Made by a program: the position numbers and the translations under genes
Shown here: one piece after another, positions 28,910 through 38,476 of the stretch
Position numbering within the stretch: the stretch's first letter is position 1
Layout of the letters: the number at the start of each line of letters is the position of its first letter
Assembly (NCBI GenBank): GCA_963707985.1
Contig: CAVPRW010000041.1
Coordinates: 32,001-96,000 of the forward strand
Reading direction: 5' to 3'
Length of the DNA stretch: 64,000 bases
Origin: an uncultured Nitrospinota bacterium
Lineage (GTDB): Bacteria > Tectomicrobia > Entotheonellia > J063 > CAVPRW01
The notes under the pieces: model-generated
Databases searched by the model: none
What the model was told of the DNA's origin: nothing
What the model saw: the letters and a program-made list of their open reading frames with translations, nothing else

Positions 28910-29395
28910 CTACTCGATTCGTCCGAAGTCTTCCGGTTTTAAATTCTCAATCCAATCGCGGACGGATTGTGCATCCTCAGCGGGCTTGTCCTCTGTCAAG
29001 TCGATACTTTTGGCCTCGCGGATGACCTTTTCGGCAACAAAGATCGGGGCCTTCACGCGTAAGGCCAAGGCGATGGCATCGCTCGGACGTGAGTCGATAG
29101 CCACCTCAGTCCCATTCACTGTCAAGAAGATGACTGCGTAAAACGTGTTGTCGCGCAGGTCGTTCACGACGATTCGCGACACCTTTGCCTTGAGGCCTTC
29201 GAGGATATTGCGAATGAGATCGTGAGTCATGGGACGGGGCGTCGTGATCCGTTCCATCTCCATTGCGATGGCGTTGGCCTCATTGGCGCCAATCCAGATC
29301 GGTAAGGCACGATTCCCTTCAACATCTTTCAGAATGACAATGGGCATATTCGTTAATGGATCAAGCGTCAGACCCTTGACTACCATTTGTAACAC
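28910..29395 (-). CDS. Bifunctional nuclease family protein (DUF151)
   Basis: [32 protein letters not shown]. Confidence 0.93.
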   Translation of the reverse strand: MLQMVVKGLTLDPLTNMPIVILKDVEGNRALPIWIGANEANAIAMEMERITTPRPMTHDLIRNILEGLKAKVSRIVVNDLRDNTFYAVIFLTVNGTEVAIDSRPSDAIALALRVKAPIFVAEKVIREAKSIDLTEDKPAEDAQSVRDWIENLKPEDFGRIE

Positions 29396-29398
29396 GGC

Positions 29399-30781
29399 TC
29401 AGTCCTCCCCTCCGCGGTCACTTCGGTCAGTGCAGACCTTGCCTTCAAGGCTGTGTGATCCCCCCTGTTCGATACATACTGTGACGAGGGAACCAGTCAA
29501 GGACGGATGACCCGCGAAGTTCACGGGGCGGTTTTGTCGCGTGCGGCCGGTAAGCTGCACGCTCCCTTTTTTACTAGGCCCCTCCACCAGTACTTCCTCG
29601 CACCGTCCGATCCGGGCTCGATTGCGGCGAAGCTGAATGGTTTCCTGGAGCGCGAGCAGCGTGTTGAAGCGCTCGCTCTTGACCGCCTCGGATACCTGGT
29701 CGTCAAACGTTGCCGCACGCGTTCCAGGACGTGGTGAATATTTAAACAGGTACATTGAATCAAACTCGACGGCTTGAACAAGCTCCACGGTCTGCGTGAA
29801 ATCCGCGTCTGATTCGCCGGGAAAACCGACGATCACATCGGTCGAGAGGGAGACATCAGGCACCAGCGCACGTAATCGCTCCACCTGGACGAAGTACTCA
29901 TCTCGGCTATAACCGCGGTGCATACGCTTCAGTGTGACAGTCGATCCAGATTGTACGGGTAGATGGATATATTCGCACACCTTGTCCAAAGTTCCTACTG
30001 CCTGCATGAGCTTTTCCGAGAAGTCTCGGGGATGGGAAGTGATGAAGCGGATGCGCTCAATCCCAACTATAGGGTTAAGCATTTCCAGGAGGTCTGCGAG
30101 GTCCTTTCTCTCGGGAGAGCGCTTACCGTAGGAGTCTATATTCTGACCCAATAGGGTGACTTCTTTGTAGCCTTGGTCCGCGAGCGCTTGCACTTCGTCG
30201 ACAATCGCCGCCGTCGGCCGGCTCTGCTCACGTCCTCGGGTGTAGGGCACAACGCAGAACGTACAGAACTTGTCGCACCCCTGCATGACCGTCACCCAGG
30301 CTTGATAGGGATTGTCGCGGTGGATGGGAAACAGTTGCTCGTCCCAAAGCGGATTGTCGGCGAGATCGCTGAGCTGGTGGCGACGCGCCTGGACGCCTGT
30401 CAAGAGTGCGGGGAGCTTGGGAATATTCTGCGGCCCAAAGACGAGATCGACGTGCGGTGCACGCTGAAGGATGTGTTCCCCCTCTTGTTGAGCCACACAG
30501 CCGCAAACACACACGATAAGGTCAGGATTATGGCGTTTGAGCCACTTGAGTTGACCGAGCTGGCTATAGACTTTTTGCTCGGCCTTATCACGAATGCTAC
30601 AGGTGTTCAACAAAATCAGGTCGGCACCACGTGTCTGGCTCGTGATCTCATAGCCAAGACCAATGAGAATGCCTGAGATGCGCTCGGATTCGTACTTGTT
30701 CATCTGGCAGCCATAGGTGATGACTGCCGCGCGTTTCGGCTCCATGCGTAGCCTGTCGAATGACTCGCCTAAGATCGACAA
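29399..30781 (-). CDS. miaB: tRNA-2-methylthio-N6-dimethylallyladenosine synthase
   Basis: TYGCQMN, NTCSIRDKAEQK, GCDKFCTFC radical SAM motif, TRAM C-terminus; alternative start 30745. Confidence 0.96.
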   Translation of the reverse strand: MSILGESFDRLRMEPKRAAVITYGCQMNKYESERISGILIGLGYEITSQTRGADLILLNTCSIRDKAEQKVYSQLGQLKWLKRHNPDLIVCVCGCVAQQEGEHILQRAPHVDLVFGPQNIPKLPALLTGVQARRHQLSDLADNPLWDEQLFPIHRDNPYQAWVTVMQGCDKFCTFCVVPYTRGREQSRPTAAIVDEVQALADQGYKEVTLLGQNIDSYGKRSPERKDLADLLEMLNPIVGIERIRFITSHPRDFSEKLMQAVGTLDKVCEYIHLPVQSGSTVTLKRMHRGYSRDEYFVQVERLRALVPDVSLSTDVIVGFPGESDADFTQTVELVQAVEFDSMYLFKYSPRPGTRAATFDDQVSEAVKSERFNTLLALQETIQLRRNRARIGRCEEVLVEGPSKKGSVQLTGRTRQNRPVNFAGHPSLTGSLVTVCIEQGGSHSLEGKVCTDRSDRGGED

Positions 30782-30823
30782 AATCGTGGAGATCCGCGAC
30801 GGTCGCGGCCTGCACAGCGCTTA

Positions 30824-30852
30824 AATATAGCGAGACGCCTGGGGGTTGTCAA
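30824..30852 (-). promoter_or_regulatory. sigma70 promoter for miaB
   Basis: TTGACA-N17-TATATT on minus strand. Confidence 0.6.
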
Positions 30853-30994
30853 GGGAAGCAGCATGGTGATGTAGGCACTTAGCGCCTATCGCAGCAGGCT
30901 TGCCTGTTGGCCTATAATGTCCGCACAGCGCCGAGGCCAACACCCCCGGAGGTATCTGGCAGGGACAATAACCCTGCCCTGTGGTGACCCTCTG

Positions 30995-31864
30995 CTATAA
31001 TCCTAGCAACGCACGTGAAATGACCGCTTTGGCACGGTAGGGAGGACCCCCCACATAAGAAAAACGGGCATCCACGGCGGCGCTGACCAGCATCGCCGCA
31101 TCGATGGGATCCACGTCCAACTTGTACATCAACAACCGTGCCATCTCGTTCACGGCCATGTGGGAGGCAGCTTCCATGGTGTCGCCCTCGCCAGTCGTCA
31201 TGATGGCATCCTGGGTGAGGACCACAGGGCGATCGACTTGCAACACCGTCGAGACGTCGCAGCGCAGCGTAACCTCTGCACCCATCTCGACCGCGGAACT
31301 TGCACTCTCGCCATCCCCCATGGCGGCATGTACATCTTCGATAGTCAGCAGGGCTCCCTCCTCAAACACTGGCAGAAGTACCCTGGCACCAGGGCCAATA
31401 GCGATGTTACTCATCGCTCCCCCGAAGGGACCTACGCTGTTGCAGGACTTAGGATCACCGGCTGGGGCGACGCCCATGCGGCCGATCATCGGCGCATATG
31501 GGAGGGCAATCCTGTCATTGAACCAGACGCGGTCACCGTCGATTTGCACTTTCCGCCGGCGCCATTCATCGACGCGGTTTTTCAACATCGCACGTCCCGG
31601 AATGGCCACAATCCAGCCATAGCCCAGACTCGGGGTGATATCGAGCACCTCGATGGAGAGCGTGTCCCCCGGCTCTGTGCCCCCAACGTATACCGGGCCA
31701 GTCATGGACATCAAGAGATCCAACGGCGCATCATCAGGGCTCGTATAGCCCTGGAAACGATCATTGGTCTCCATCACAAACGTTTCTCCCATACCGACGT
31801 GAATCGCGGGGGGGTTTGCACCACTGTAGGCGCTAACACGCTGGCTTTTGTTGACCCGTTGCAT
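30995..31864 (-). CDS. Acetamidase/formamidase family protein
   Basis: TGPVYVGGTEPGDTL, PMIGRMGVAP, DVHAAMGDGE. Confidence 0.85.
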   Translation of the reverse strand: MQRVNKSQRVSAYSGANPPAIHVGMGETFVMETNDRFQGYTSPDDAPLDLLMSMTGPVYVGGTEPGDTLSIEVLDITPSLGYGWIVAIPGRAMLKNRVDEWRRRKVQIDGDRVWFNDRIALPYAPMIGRMGVAPAGDPKSCNSVGPFGGAMSNIAIGPGARVLLPVFEEGALLTIEDVHAAMGDGESASSAVEMGAEVTLRCDVSTVLQVDRPVVLTQDAIMTTGEGDTMEAASHMAVNEMARLLMYKLDVDPIDAAMLVSAAVDARFSYVGGPPYRAKAVISRALLGL

Positions 31865-32134
31865 GGCGACTCTCCCGAGTGATTGAGGTAGTTCTCGAAT
31901 AGACTAGCCTGCGCAGCATAGCGTGTTTAGCAAACTATGGCAAGTGCGAGGGATACGATCGCTGGGGGCGAGTGCGGAACTTTCCATGGGGCTTGGCCTT
32001 CTGTTATGATAGGCCGAGCGCAAGGATAGCACGACCGAGACGACTTGTTGGCCCGCACCGATCACCGATAGGGAGATAGTGGCCTAGGGCTGATCGATGG
32101 TCTACGAGAAGACGCAGACTGAGGACGCATACTA

Positions 32135-33157
32135 ATGATCGATCTCTATAGCGATACCATGACGAAGCCCACCGTGGCGATGCGTAAATGCATGGCGGCG
32201 GCCGAGGTAGGTGACGAGCAGAAAGGAGAAGACCCCACGGTCAATCGGTTGCAACACATGGTGGCCGAACTCCTGGGCAAGGACGCAGCCGTCTACCTAC
32301 CTTCCGGGACTATGTGCAATGAGATCAGCTTCGCGGTGTGGGCGCATATCGGGGATGAAATGATCCTCCACCGCGACGCCCATCCAGCCCATTTCGAGGT
32401 CGGGGGACCGGCCTACCTGGCGCGCCTCATGTTGTATCCGCTTGATGGTCCGCGCGGCCTGTTCACGGCGGCGCAAGTAGAGGAGGCCATTCGTCCGGAG
32501 AGCCCACATTATCCGCGCAGCCGCATAGTCGAGATCGAAAACACGCACAATCTGGGTGGGGGCTCGATCTGGCCCTTAGCGCAACTGCAAGCCGTCTGTG
32601 ACATGGCACACCGGTACGGGCTGGTGACCCACCTCGACGGCGCACGATTGCTCAATGCGGTCGTTGCCACTGGCATCTCAGCCAGAACCTATGCGGAACC
32701 CTTTGATTCTGCCTGGATCGATTTGTCCAAAGGGCTTGGCTGTCCGGTTGGGGCGGTGCTCGCCGGCTCGTATGCGTTTATCAAAGAGGCCCGTCGCCTC
32801 AAACATCTGTTCGGTGGGGCGATGCGTCAGGCGGGTATCATTGCCGCTGCCGGAGTGTATGCCCTAGAACATCATGTGGCGCGGCTCGCCGAGGATCATG
32901 CGCATGCCGCCAGGTTGGCTCAGGTTTTGGCGGAGTTGCGAACGGTGAGTCTCAACCCGACGGACGTTGAAACCAACATTGTCATCTTCGATGTAGGGGC
33001 CAGCGGTCGTGGGGCCAAGGAGATCGGCGAACGCCTTGAAGAGGCGGGGGTGCGGTTGAGCGTTATGGGGCGTACTAAGCTGCGTGCGGTCACACATTTG
33101 GACGTCTCACGTCAGGATGTCGAGCGCGCCGTCGACGTGTTTCGTCATGTGCTGTGA
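32135..33157 (+). CDS. ltaE: Low-specificity L-threonine aldolase
   Basis: DLYSDTMTKPT, PSGTMCN, ENTHN..GG, HLDGARL, LSKGLGCPVG PLP lysine, GGAMRQAG. Confidence 0.9.
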   Translation: MIDLYSDTMTKPTVAMRKCMAAAEVGDEQKGEDPTVNRLQHMVAELLGKDAAVYLPSGTMCNEISFAVWAHIGDEMILHRDAHPAHFEVGGPAYLARLMLYPLDGPRGLFTAAQVEEAIRPESPHYPRSRIVEIENTHNLGGGSIWPLAQLQAVCDMAHRYGLVTHLDGARLLNAVVATGISARTYAEPFDSAWIDLSKGLGCPVGAVLAGSYAFIKEARRLKHLFGGAMRQAGIIAAAGVYALEHHVARLAEDHAHAARLAQVLAELRTVSLNPTDVETNIVIFDVGASGRGAKEIGERLEEAGVRLSVMGRTKLRAVTHLDVSRQDVERAVDVFRHVL

Positions 33158-33271
33158 GTGCTTTTTTCCTCGACACCCCAGGGCTTCTATGATATTCCAT
33201 TACCATGATCTCTCGTATCAACCTGGTATCAATGTAGTTGCCGTAGTTGCCGCCCGCCTGGAGGCGCTACC

Positions 33272-34591
33272 GTGAGTAACCGCCTGTCCCGTATCCCCGG
33301 AGCTCGCCTTGGGATGCGCTACCTGCTCACTAGCCTAGGATTCTGGATTGTGTTCAATGCCGGAACGCTCCTGTGGTGCCGGCAGTTTGAGGTGTTCTAT
33401 TTTCGGGAGCCGTATATTCTGGCGCTGACGCATGTTGCCGCATTAGGCTGGCTAACCACCGGGCTCATGGGGGTGATGTATATTACGTTGCCGGCGACAT
33501 TGGGGGTGCGTCCGCATAGCCTCCGCATGGCATCCGTGCAATATTGGTTGCAGGTGGTGGGGATCGCCGGTTTGGCACTGACCATGAGCTTCGTGTCGCA
33601 GGCCCGGGGGCGGGTCGTGTTTGGACTGCTGACGCTGGGTGCCCTGGTGATCTTCGTCCACAATATTGCGGCGACGGTGGGCCGCGGCAAAATGTGGCAT
33701 CTGCCCGAAGTTCATTTCGTGATGGCGGTGTTCTATCTGGCGATTACCGGGCTCATCGGTATGAGCTATGTGTTTTACCTTAATGGCGGCTATGTGCCGC
33801 AAACCATGATATCATTGAAAGTCCATGCCCACTTCGCTGGGCTGGGCTGGCTAGCACTCACGAGCATGGGGTTGACGTATAAGCTGTTGCCGCTGGAGCT
33901 TGGCGTGGACAACGTTCCCCAGCGCTGGGGTGTCGCCGCCAGTGCGCTGATCAATGTGGTCTTCTGGGGGGTCTTTTTCAGCTATGCTTATGACTGGCCT
34001 GAGCTGCGGATCGCATCGGCAGCGTTGGCGTTCGCCGCGATGATGTGTCATACCATGCAGGTGCGGACGATCGCCCGATTGGCCAATATGTCTACTCTTC
34101 TCACAGGCGCGTTTTCCACCAGTATGTGGACCTATACTGTTCCCTCTGCGCCGGTGGGCACGGGTGCCTGGGGGCGTGAAACGCGCCCCAGAAGCCTGCT
34201 CTATACCGAAGCATCCTGCCTCTTTGGCGTCGCGGCCACACTGCTGGCCATGTTGTTAACGACCGGGGCGGTGGGGGACAGTCTTGCCGTCGAGTATGCC
34301 TATAGCTACGCCGCGGCCACCGGATGGTTTGGACTGTTTGTCACGGGACAGACCCTATGGCTGCTGCCGCTGCTCCGGGATGTGGCGTACGGGCACGTAC
34401 CTGGCCCGTTGTGGAAACAGTTGGAATTTCCCGGACAAGTGGCCGGTACACTCCTCGTGACCATCGGCTTGTTGGCGGGAATGGCTTTCATTGTTGCGCT
34501 GGGGGCCGCCGTGAATCTGGCCGCTTCCTTGCTGGTGACGGCTCGCAGCCTGCATGGGTGGCGAGCACAGCTCGCTCTGGCGGAGAGATAA
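33272..34591 (+). CDS. Polytopic membrane protein with three GW-x5-G repeats
   Basis: About 12 TM; THVAALGW..G, HAHFAGLGW..G and YAAATGW..G repeats. Confidence 0.65.
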   Translation: MSNRLSRIPGARLGMRYLLTSLGFWIVFNAGTLLWCRQFEVFYFREPYILALTHVAALGWLTTGLMGVMYITLPATLGVRPHSLRMASVQYWLQVVGIAGLALTMSFVSQARGRVVFGLLTLGALVIFVHNIAATVGRGKMWHLPEVHFVMAVFYLAITGLIGMSYVFYLNGGYVPQTMISLKVHAHFAGLGWLALTSMGLTYKLLPLELGVDNVPQRWGVAASALINVVFWGVFFSYAYDWPELRIASAALAFAAMMCHTMQVRTIARLANMSTLLTGAFSTSMWTYTVPSAPVGTGAWGRETRPRSLLYTEASCLFGVAATLLAMLLTTGAVGDSLAVEYAYSYAAATGWFGLFVTGQTLWLLPLLRDVAYGHVPGPLWKQLEFPGQVAGTLLVTIGLLAGMAFIVALGAAVNLAASLLVTARSLHGWRAQLALAER

Positions 34592-34593
34592 CG

Positions 34594-35640
34594 ATGGAAG
34601 GACACGACACAAGACCACTGATCGCCATTACGATGGGAGACCCCGCTGGTATCGGCGCCGAGGTCAGCCTGAAGGCCTTGCTCGAGCCGGACGTCTACCG
34701 CTTATGCCGGCCACTGGTGGTGGGCACGCTGGGGGTGCTCGCCCAGATGCGGGATGTCTTGCAGAGCGCGCAGCACTTGCAAGCGGCGCACAGCCCCGCA
34801 GAAGGACGATACACGCTCGGAACAGTGGATGTGCTCGACCTCGCGGACAAGCATCCTGGCCCATTTCTATTGGGCGTTGCAGCCAAGGGAAATGGCGCTG
34901 CAGCTGTGGCGTATGTCGAGAGGGCCATCGCGCTGGCCCTGACCGCCGAGGTGGATGCCATCGCCACGGCTCCCCTGAATAAAGAGGCCATGCGAGCTGC
35001 TGGATTCCCTTACGATGGCCATACTGAGCTGCTCGCCGTCAAAACAGACACAAAAGTCTACACCATGATGCTAGCCTCCGGCGATTTCCGCGTGTTTCAC
35101 GTTAGCACCCACGTGTCGCTGCGCGGTGCCATCGAACGTGCCAAAAAAGCGCGTGTCTTGCAGGTGATCGAGTTGGCGTATCACGAAATCCAACGCATGG
35201 GTGTGGAAGAGCCACGGTTGGCAGTGGCGGGACTCAATCCTCACGCCGGCGAGCACGGGCTGTTTGGCGATGAAGAAATTCATGAGATCGGCCCAGCCGT
35301 GGAGGAGGCGCAGGCACGCGGCTGGAGCGTCAGCGGACCCCTCTCACCAGACACCGTTTTCGCCCGCGCCAAGCGCGGCGACTTCGATGGGGTCGTCGCC
35401 ATGTACCATGACCAGGGGCACATCCCCTTCAAAATGACTGAATTCGAGCTCGGCGTAAACGTCACGGTGGGTCTGCCCATCATTCGCACCTCGGTCGATC
35501 ACGGCACGGCCTACGACATCGCCGGAAAAGGCGTAGCCGACCCCAAGAATATGGTGCAGGCCATTGTGCTGGCGGCCGACATGGCACGGCGACGTGTTCC
35601 CTTACCTCAACCCTCAGTGCCTGCGAGTGTGCCCAGTTAA
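34594..35640 (+). CDS. pdxA: PdxA-family dehydrogenase (4-hydroxythreonine-4-phosphate or D-threonate-4-phosphate)
   Basis: ITMGDPAGIG, GHTE, GLNPHAGE, AMYHDQG, RTSVDHGTAYDIAG. Confidence 0.9.
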   Translation: MEGHDTRPLIAITMGDPAGIGAEVSLKALLEPDVYRLCRPLVVGTLGVLAQMRDVLQSAQHLQAAHSPAEGRYTLGTVDVLDLADKHPGPFLLGVAAKGNGAAAVAYVERAIALALTAEVDAIATAPLNKEAMRAAGFPYDGHTELLAVKTDTKVYTMMLASGDFRVFHVSTHVSLRGAIERAKKARVLQVIELAYHEIQRMGVEEPRLAVAGLNPHAGEHGLFGDEEIHEIGPAVEEAQARGWSVSGPLSPDTVFARAKRGDFDGVVAMYHDQGHIPFKMTEFELGVNVTVGLPIIRTSVDHGTAYDIAGKGVADPKNMVQAIVLAADMARRRVPLPQPSVPASVPS

Positions 35641-35667
35641 GAGGCAGGAGAACAAAGGGGGAAGACT

Positions 35668-36921
35668 ATGTATCCCGCTATGTACCGCATTCGACAAACG
35701 TTCGGAGGGCCAGCCGTGGCCGATATCGCGGCGACGGTGCAGGCCGAGCTGGCGCGGGTCAGCGTGGCATCAGTGATCAAGCCTGGGCAGACAGTGGCGC
35801 TGACGGCTGGCAGCCGCGGTGTGGCAAACATCGCGACGATTATCAAGGCGACGGCGGACTATTTGAAGACGATCGGCGCTAAGCCTTTTGTCATACCTGC
35901 CATGGGTAGCCACGGTGGTGGCACCGCCGAGGGGCAGCTCGATGTGTTGCGCCACTATGGCATCACTGAGGACAGCATGGGAGTGCCGCTCCGGGCGAGC
36001 ATGGAGGTGGTACAGATCGGCGAGACGGCCGATGGTCTCCCGGTCTGGCTCGACAAATATGCCTCCGAGGCCGATCACATTGGCGTGATCAACCGCGTGA
36101 AGCCGCACACCGACTTCAGTGGAGCCATCGAGAGTGGCCTCTTCAAGATGATGACGATCGGTCTCGGCAAATACCATGGTGCCCAGCATTACCATCGGGC
36201 TAACGTTCAATATGGCTATGAGCACGTTATCCGCACGGTGGGCCGTACGGTGTTGAAACAGGCGCGGATCGCCTTTGGGATCGGGGTCATCGAAAACGGC
36301 TATGATCAGACGGCAGTCATTCGTGCTGTACGGTCGACTCAGTTCGAAGCCACAGAGCTGGAGCTGCAAGCCCTGTCGAAACAGTTGGCCGCACGTTTGC
36401 CGTTTGACTTCATGCATTTGCTCATCGTCGAGGAGATGGGGAAGAATATCAGCGGCACAGGTATGGATACCAAAGTGATCGGCCGCATCATGAACATTAT
36501 CGAACCACCCCCCCAGCATCCGCGCATCCTGCGCATCTATGTGCGCGACCTCCACGACGACTCGTATGGCAATGCCATGGGCGTGGGCCTGGCAGACTTC
36601 GTGTCGAGACGTTTGGCGAACAAAATCGATCCGAGCGCCACTTATATCAATGGTCTCACGGGTCTGTCGCCGGAGAGTGCCCGTATTCCGGTCACCTTGG
36701 ACACCGACCGTGAGGCGGTGGAGGCAGCGCTGGGAACTATCGGGTTGGTGAAGCCCGAAGCGGCTCGTATCGTGCGTATTCAGAATACATTGCTCCTGGA
36801 AGAGCTAGATGTGTCAGAGGCGCTCTTACCAGAAGTGAGGCAACGCGGGACACTGGAGATTTTGTGGGGGCCAAAGCCGTTGATGTTCGACAGCACCGGC
36901 GGGCTACCGACGTTTAGGTAA
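35668..36921 (+). CDS. LarA-like (DUF2088/DUF362) lactate racemase domain protein
   Basis: GSRGVANI, PAMGSHGGGT, NRVKPHTDF, ESGLFKM, GKNISGTGMD. Confidence 0.8.
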   Translation: MYPAMYRIRQTFGGPAVADIAATVQAELARVSVASVIKPGQTVALTAGSRGVANIATIIKATADYLKTIGAKPFVIPAMGSHGGGTAEGQLDVLRHYGITEDSMGVPLRASMEVVQIGETADGLPVWLDKYASEADHIGVINRVKPHTDFSGAIESGLFKMMTIGLGKYHGAQHYHRANVQYGYEHVIRTVGRTVLKQARIAFGIGVIENGYDQTAVIRAVRSTQFEATELELQALSKQLAARLPFDFMHLLIVEEMGKNISGTGMDTKVIGRIMNIIEPPPQHPRILRIYVRDLHDDSYGNAMGVGLADFVSRRLANKIDPSATYINGLTGLSPESARIPVTLDTDREAVEAALGTIGLVKPEAARIVRIQNTLLLEELDVSEALLPEVRQRGTLEILWGPKPLMFDSTGGLPTFR

Positions 36922-36984
36922 AAGACTCCGCATCCGGCCCTATTTGAGTGCAAGAGGGTGGGGGTGAGTGGAGGGTGAACGCAG

Positions 36985-37533
36985 ATGTTTACTTGGAAAC
37001 GATCCGTGGCGGTGACGTCATGGCCCGGCGGAGAATTCGACGAGACTCGTGATTCCCAGGTCGACGCTTTCACGGAGCGTGTCGTCCGTTTCTGCGGAGG
37101 CTTGGCCAAGGGAGTGCTTGCCGCGGTGCTCTATGGCTCCGGCTCTCTGGTGCTTTCAGGTGTGCTCTTCTACTTTTCGTGGAAACTGGGCATTGCGACC
37201 CTGTTGGTCCTAGGGGGTCTTCTCCCCCTGGTCGGTAGCGGGTATCTGCTGTGGCGCCTGATGCGAGCGGGGGAGCCACCTTGGCTCTGGCGTCGGCGCT
37301 GGCGGCAGGTAGCAATCCTCAAGCTGGCAAGGCGCCTGGAAGGGCGCCTAACAGTGGCGGATGTCGTCCTTGGCACAGGACTTTCGCTACGAGAGGCGGA
37401 AGCTACCTTAAACGAATTGGCGCGCCAAAGATACGTCGATCTGCAGGTCTTGCCTTCGGGCGTCCTGGTGTATCACTGTTTTCCTCTGGCCAATGCGCGT
37501 GGCAAGAGCGGGGCTGAGCGCGTAATGTCATGA
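36985..37533 (+). CDS. Hypothetical membrane protein with C-terminal winged-helix-like domain
   Basis: Two TM segments then ILKLA...GRLTVADV...LSLREAEATL. Confidence 0.6.
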   Translation: MFTWKRSVAVTSWPGGEFDETRDSQVDAFTERVVRFCGGLAKGVLAAVLYGSGSLVLSGVLFYFSWKLGIATLLVLGGLLPLVGSGYLLWRLMRAGEPPWLWRRRWRQVAILKLARRLEGRLTVADVVLGTGLSLREAEATLNELARQRYVDLQVLPSGVLVYHCFPLANARGKSGAERVMS

Positions 37534-37640
37534 GTGAGCCGAGAGGATCACGAGATTGCCGCCACAAATGTACATTCTAGACGCGGATCAGCGATGTGTG
37601 TCCGGAGTTACGCTGTGAGGTATAGGCGGAGAAGGTAGAT

Positions 37641-38411
37641 ATGGACCTTGGACTAACAGGCAAAGTGGCACTCGTGACTGGTGGCAGTCGCGGTATCGGC
37701 TTGGCTATTGCCACAGCGTTTGCCCAGGAAGGGACACACGTCAGCATATGTGGCCGGACGCCCGCTGACCTCTCCGAGGCAGGCGATGCCATCAGGGCTA
37801 AGGGCGTGGAGAGCTTGGCTGTCGAGGCCGATCTCAGCCTCTCCGGCGATGCGGAGAAGGTGTTGCGGGCGACGCTCGATAGATTTGGGCAGCTTGATAT
37901 CCTGGTGAACAATGTCGGCGGTGCACGAGGGGACCCAAGCTGGGCTGCCAGCGATGCTGATTGGGATGATGTGCTGCAGCTCAATTTTTTGTCGGCTGTA
38001 CGCTTGACCCGGTTGGTCATTCCCCAAATGGAGCGCCAGGGAGGTGGACGAATCATCCACATTGCCTCGATCTATGGACGCGAATGGGGGGGCCCCACAA
38101 CCTATAACGCCTCCAAAGCTGCCATGATCAGTTTCTCCAAAACGCTCGCCCGCCAACTGGCCAAGGACCAAATATTAGTGAATACCGTGGCGCCCGGATC
38201 GATCATGTTTCCTGGGGGAGTCTGGGAGCGCCGCCAGCAGCAAAACCCAGAGGAGATCGCACGATTTCTCGATACAGATTTCCCCTTCGGACGCTTTGGG
38301 TGTCCTGAAGAAGTGGCGCCAATTGTGGTGTTTTTGGCTTCTGCGGCAGCGTCGCTGATCACGGGGGCCTGTATTAACGTTGACGGCGGTCAATCGCGGT
38401 CGCTGTTCTAA
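37641..38411 (+). CDS. SDR family oxidoreductase
   Basis: TGGSRGIG, LVNNVG, YNASK, VDGG. Confidence 0.93.
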   Translation: MDLGLTGKVALVTGGSRGIGLAIATAFAQEGTHVSICGRTPADLSEAGDAIRAKGVESLAVEADLSLSGDAEKVLRATLDRFGQLDILVNNVGGARGDPSWAASDADWDDVLQLNFLSAVRLTRLVIPQMERQGGGRIIHIASIYGREWGGPTTYNASKAAMISFSKTLARQLAKDQILVNTVAPGSIMFPGGVWERRQQQNPEEIARFLDTDFPFGRFGCPEEVAPIVVFLASAAASLITGACINVDGGQSRSLF

Positions 38412-38476
38412 TTATCGACGTGAGCCGGCCACCAGTAGCGGCCCAGGCGGCTGGGACGGGTGGCATGGAGGAAACC

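Noticed and set aside
34324..34593. 90-aa N-terminal extension of PdxA in the ORF track
   Set aside because: Overlaps the upstream membrane gene; RBS and homology fit the ATG at 34594
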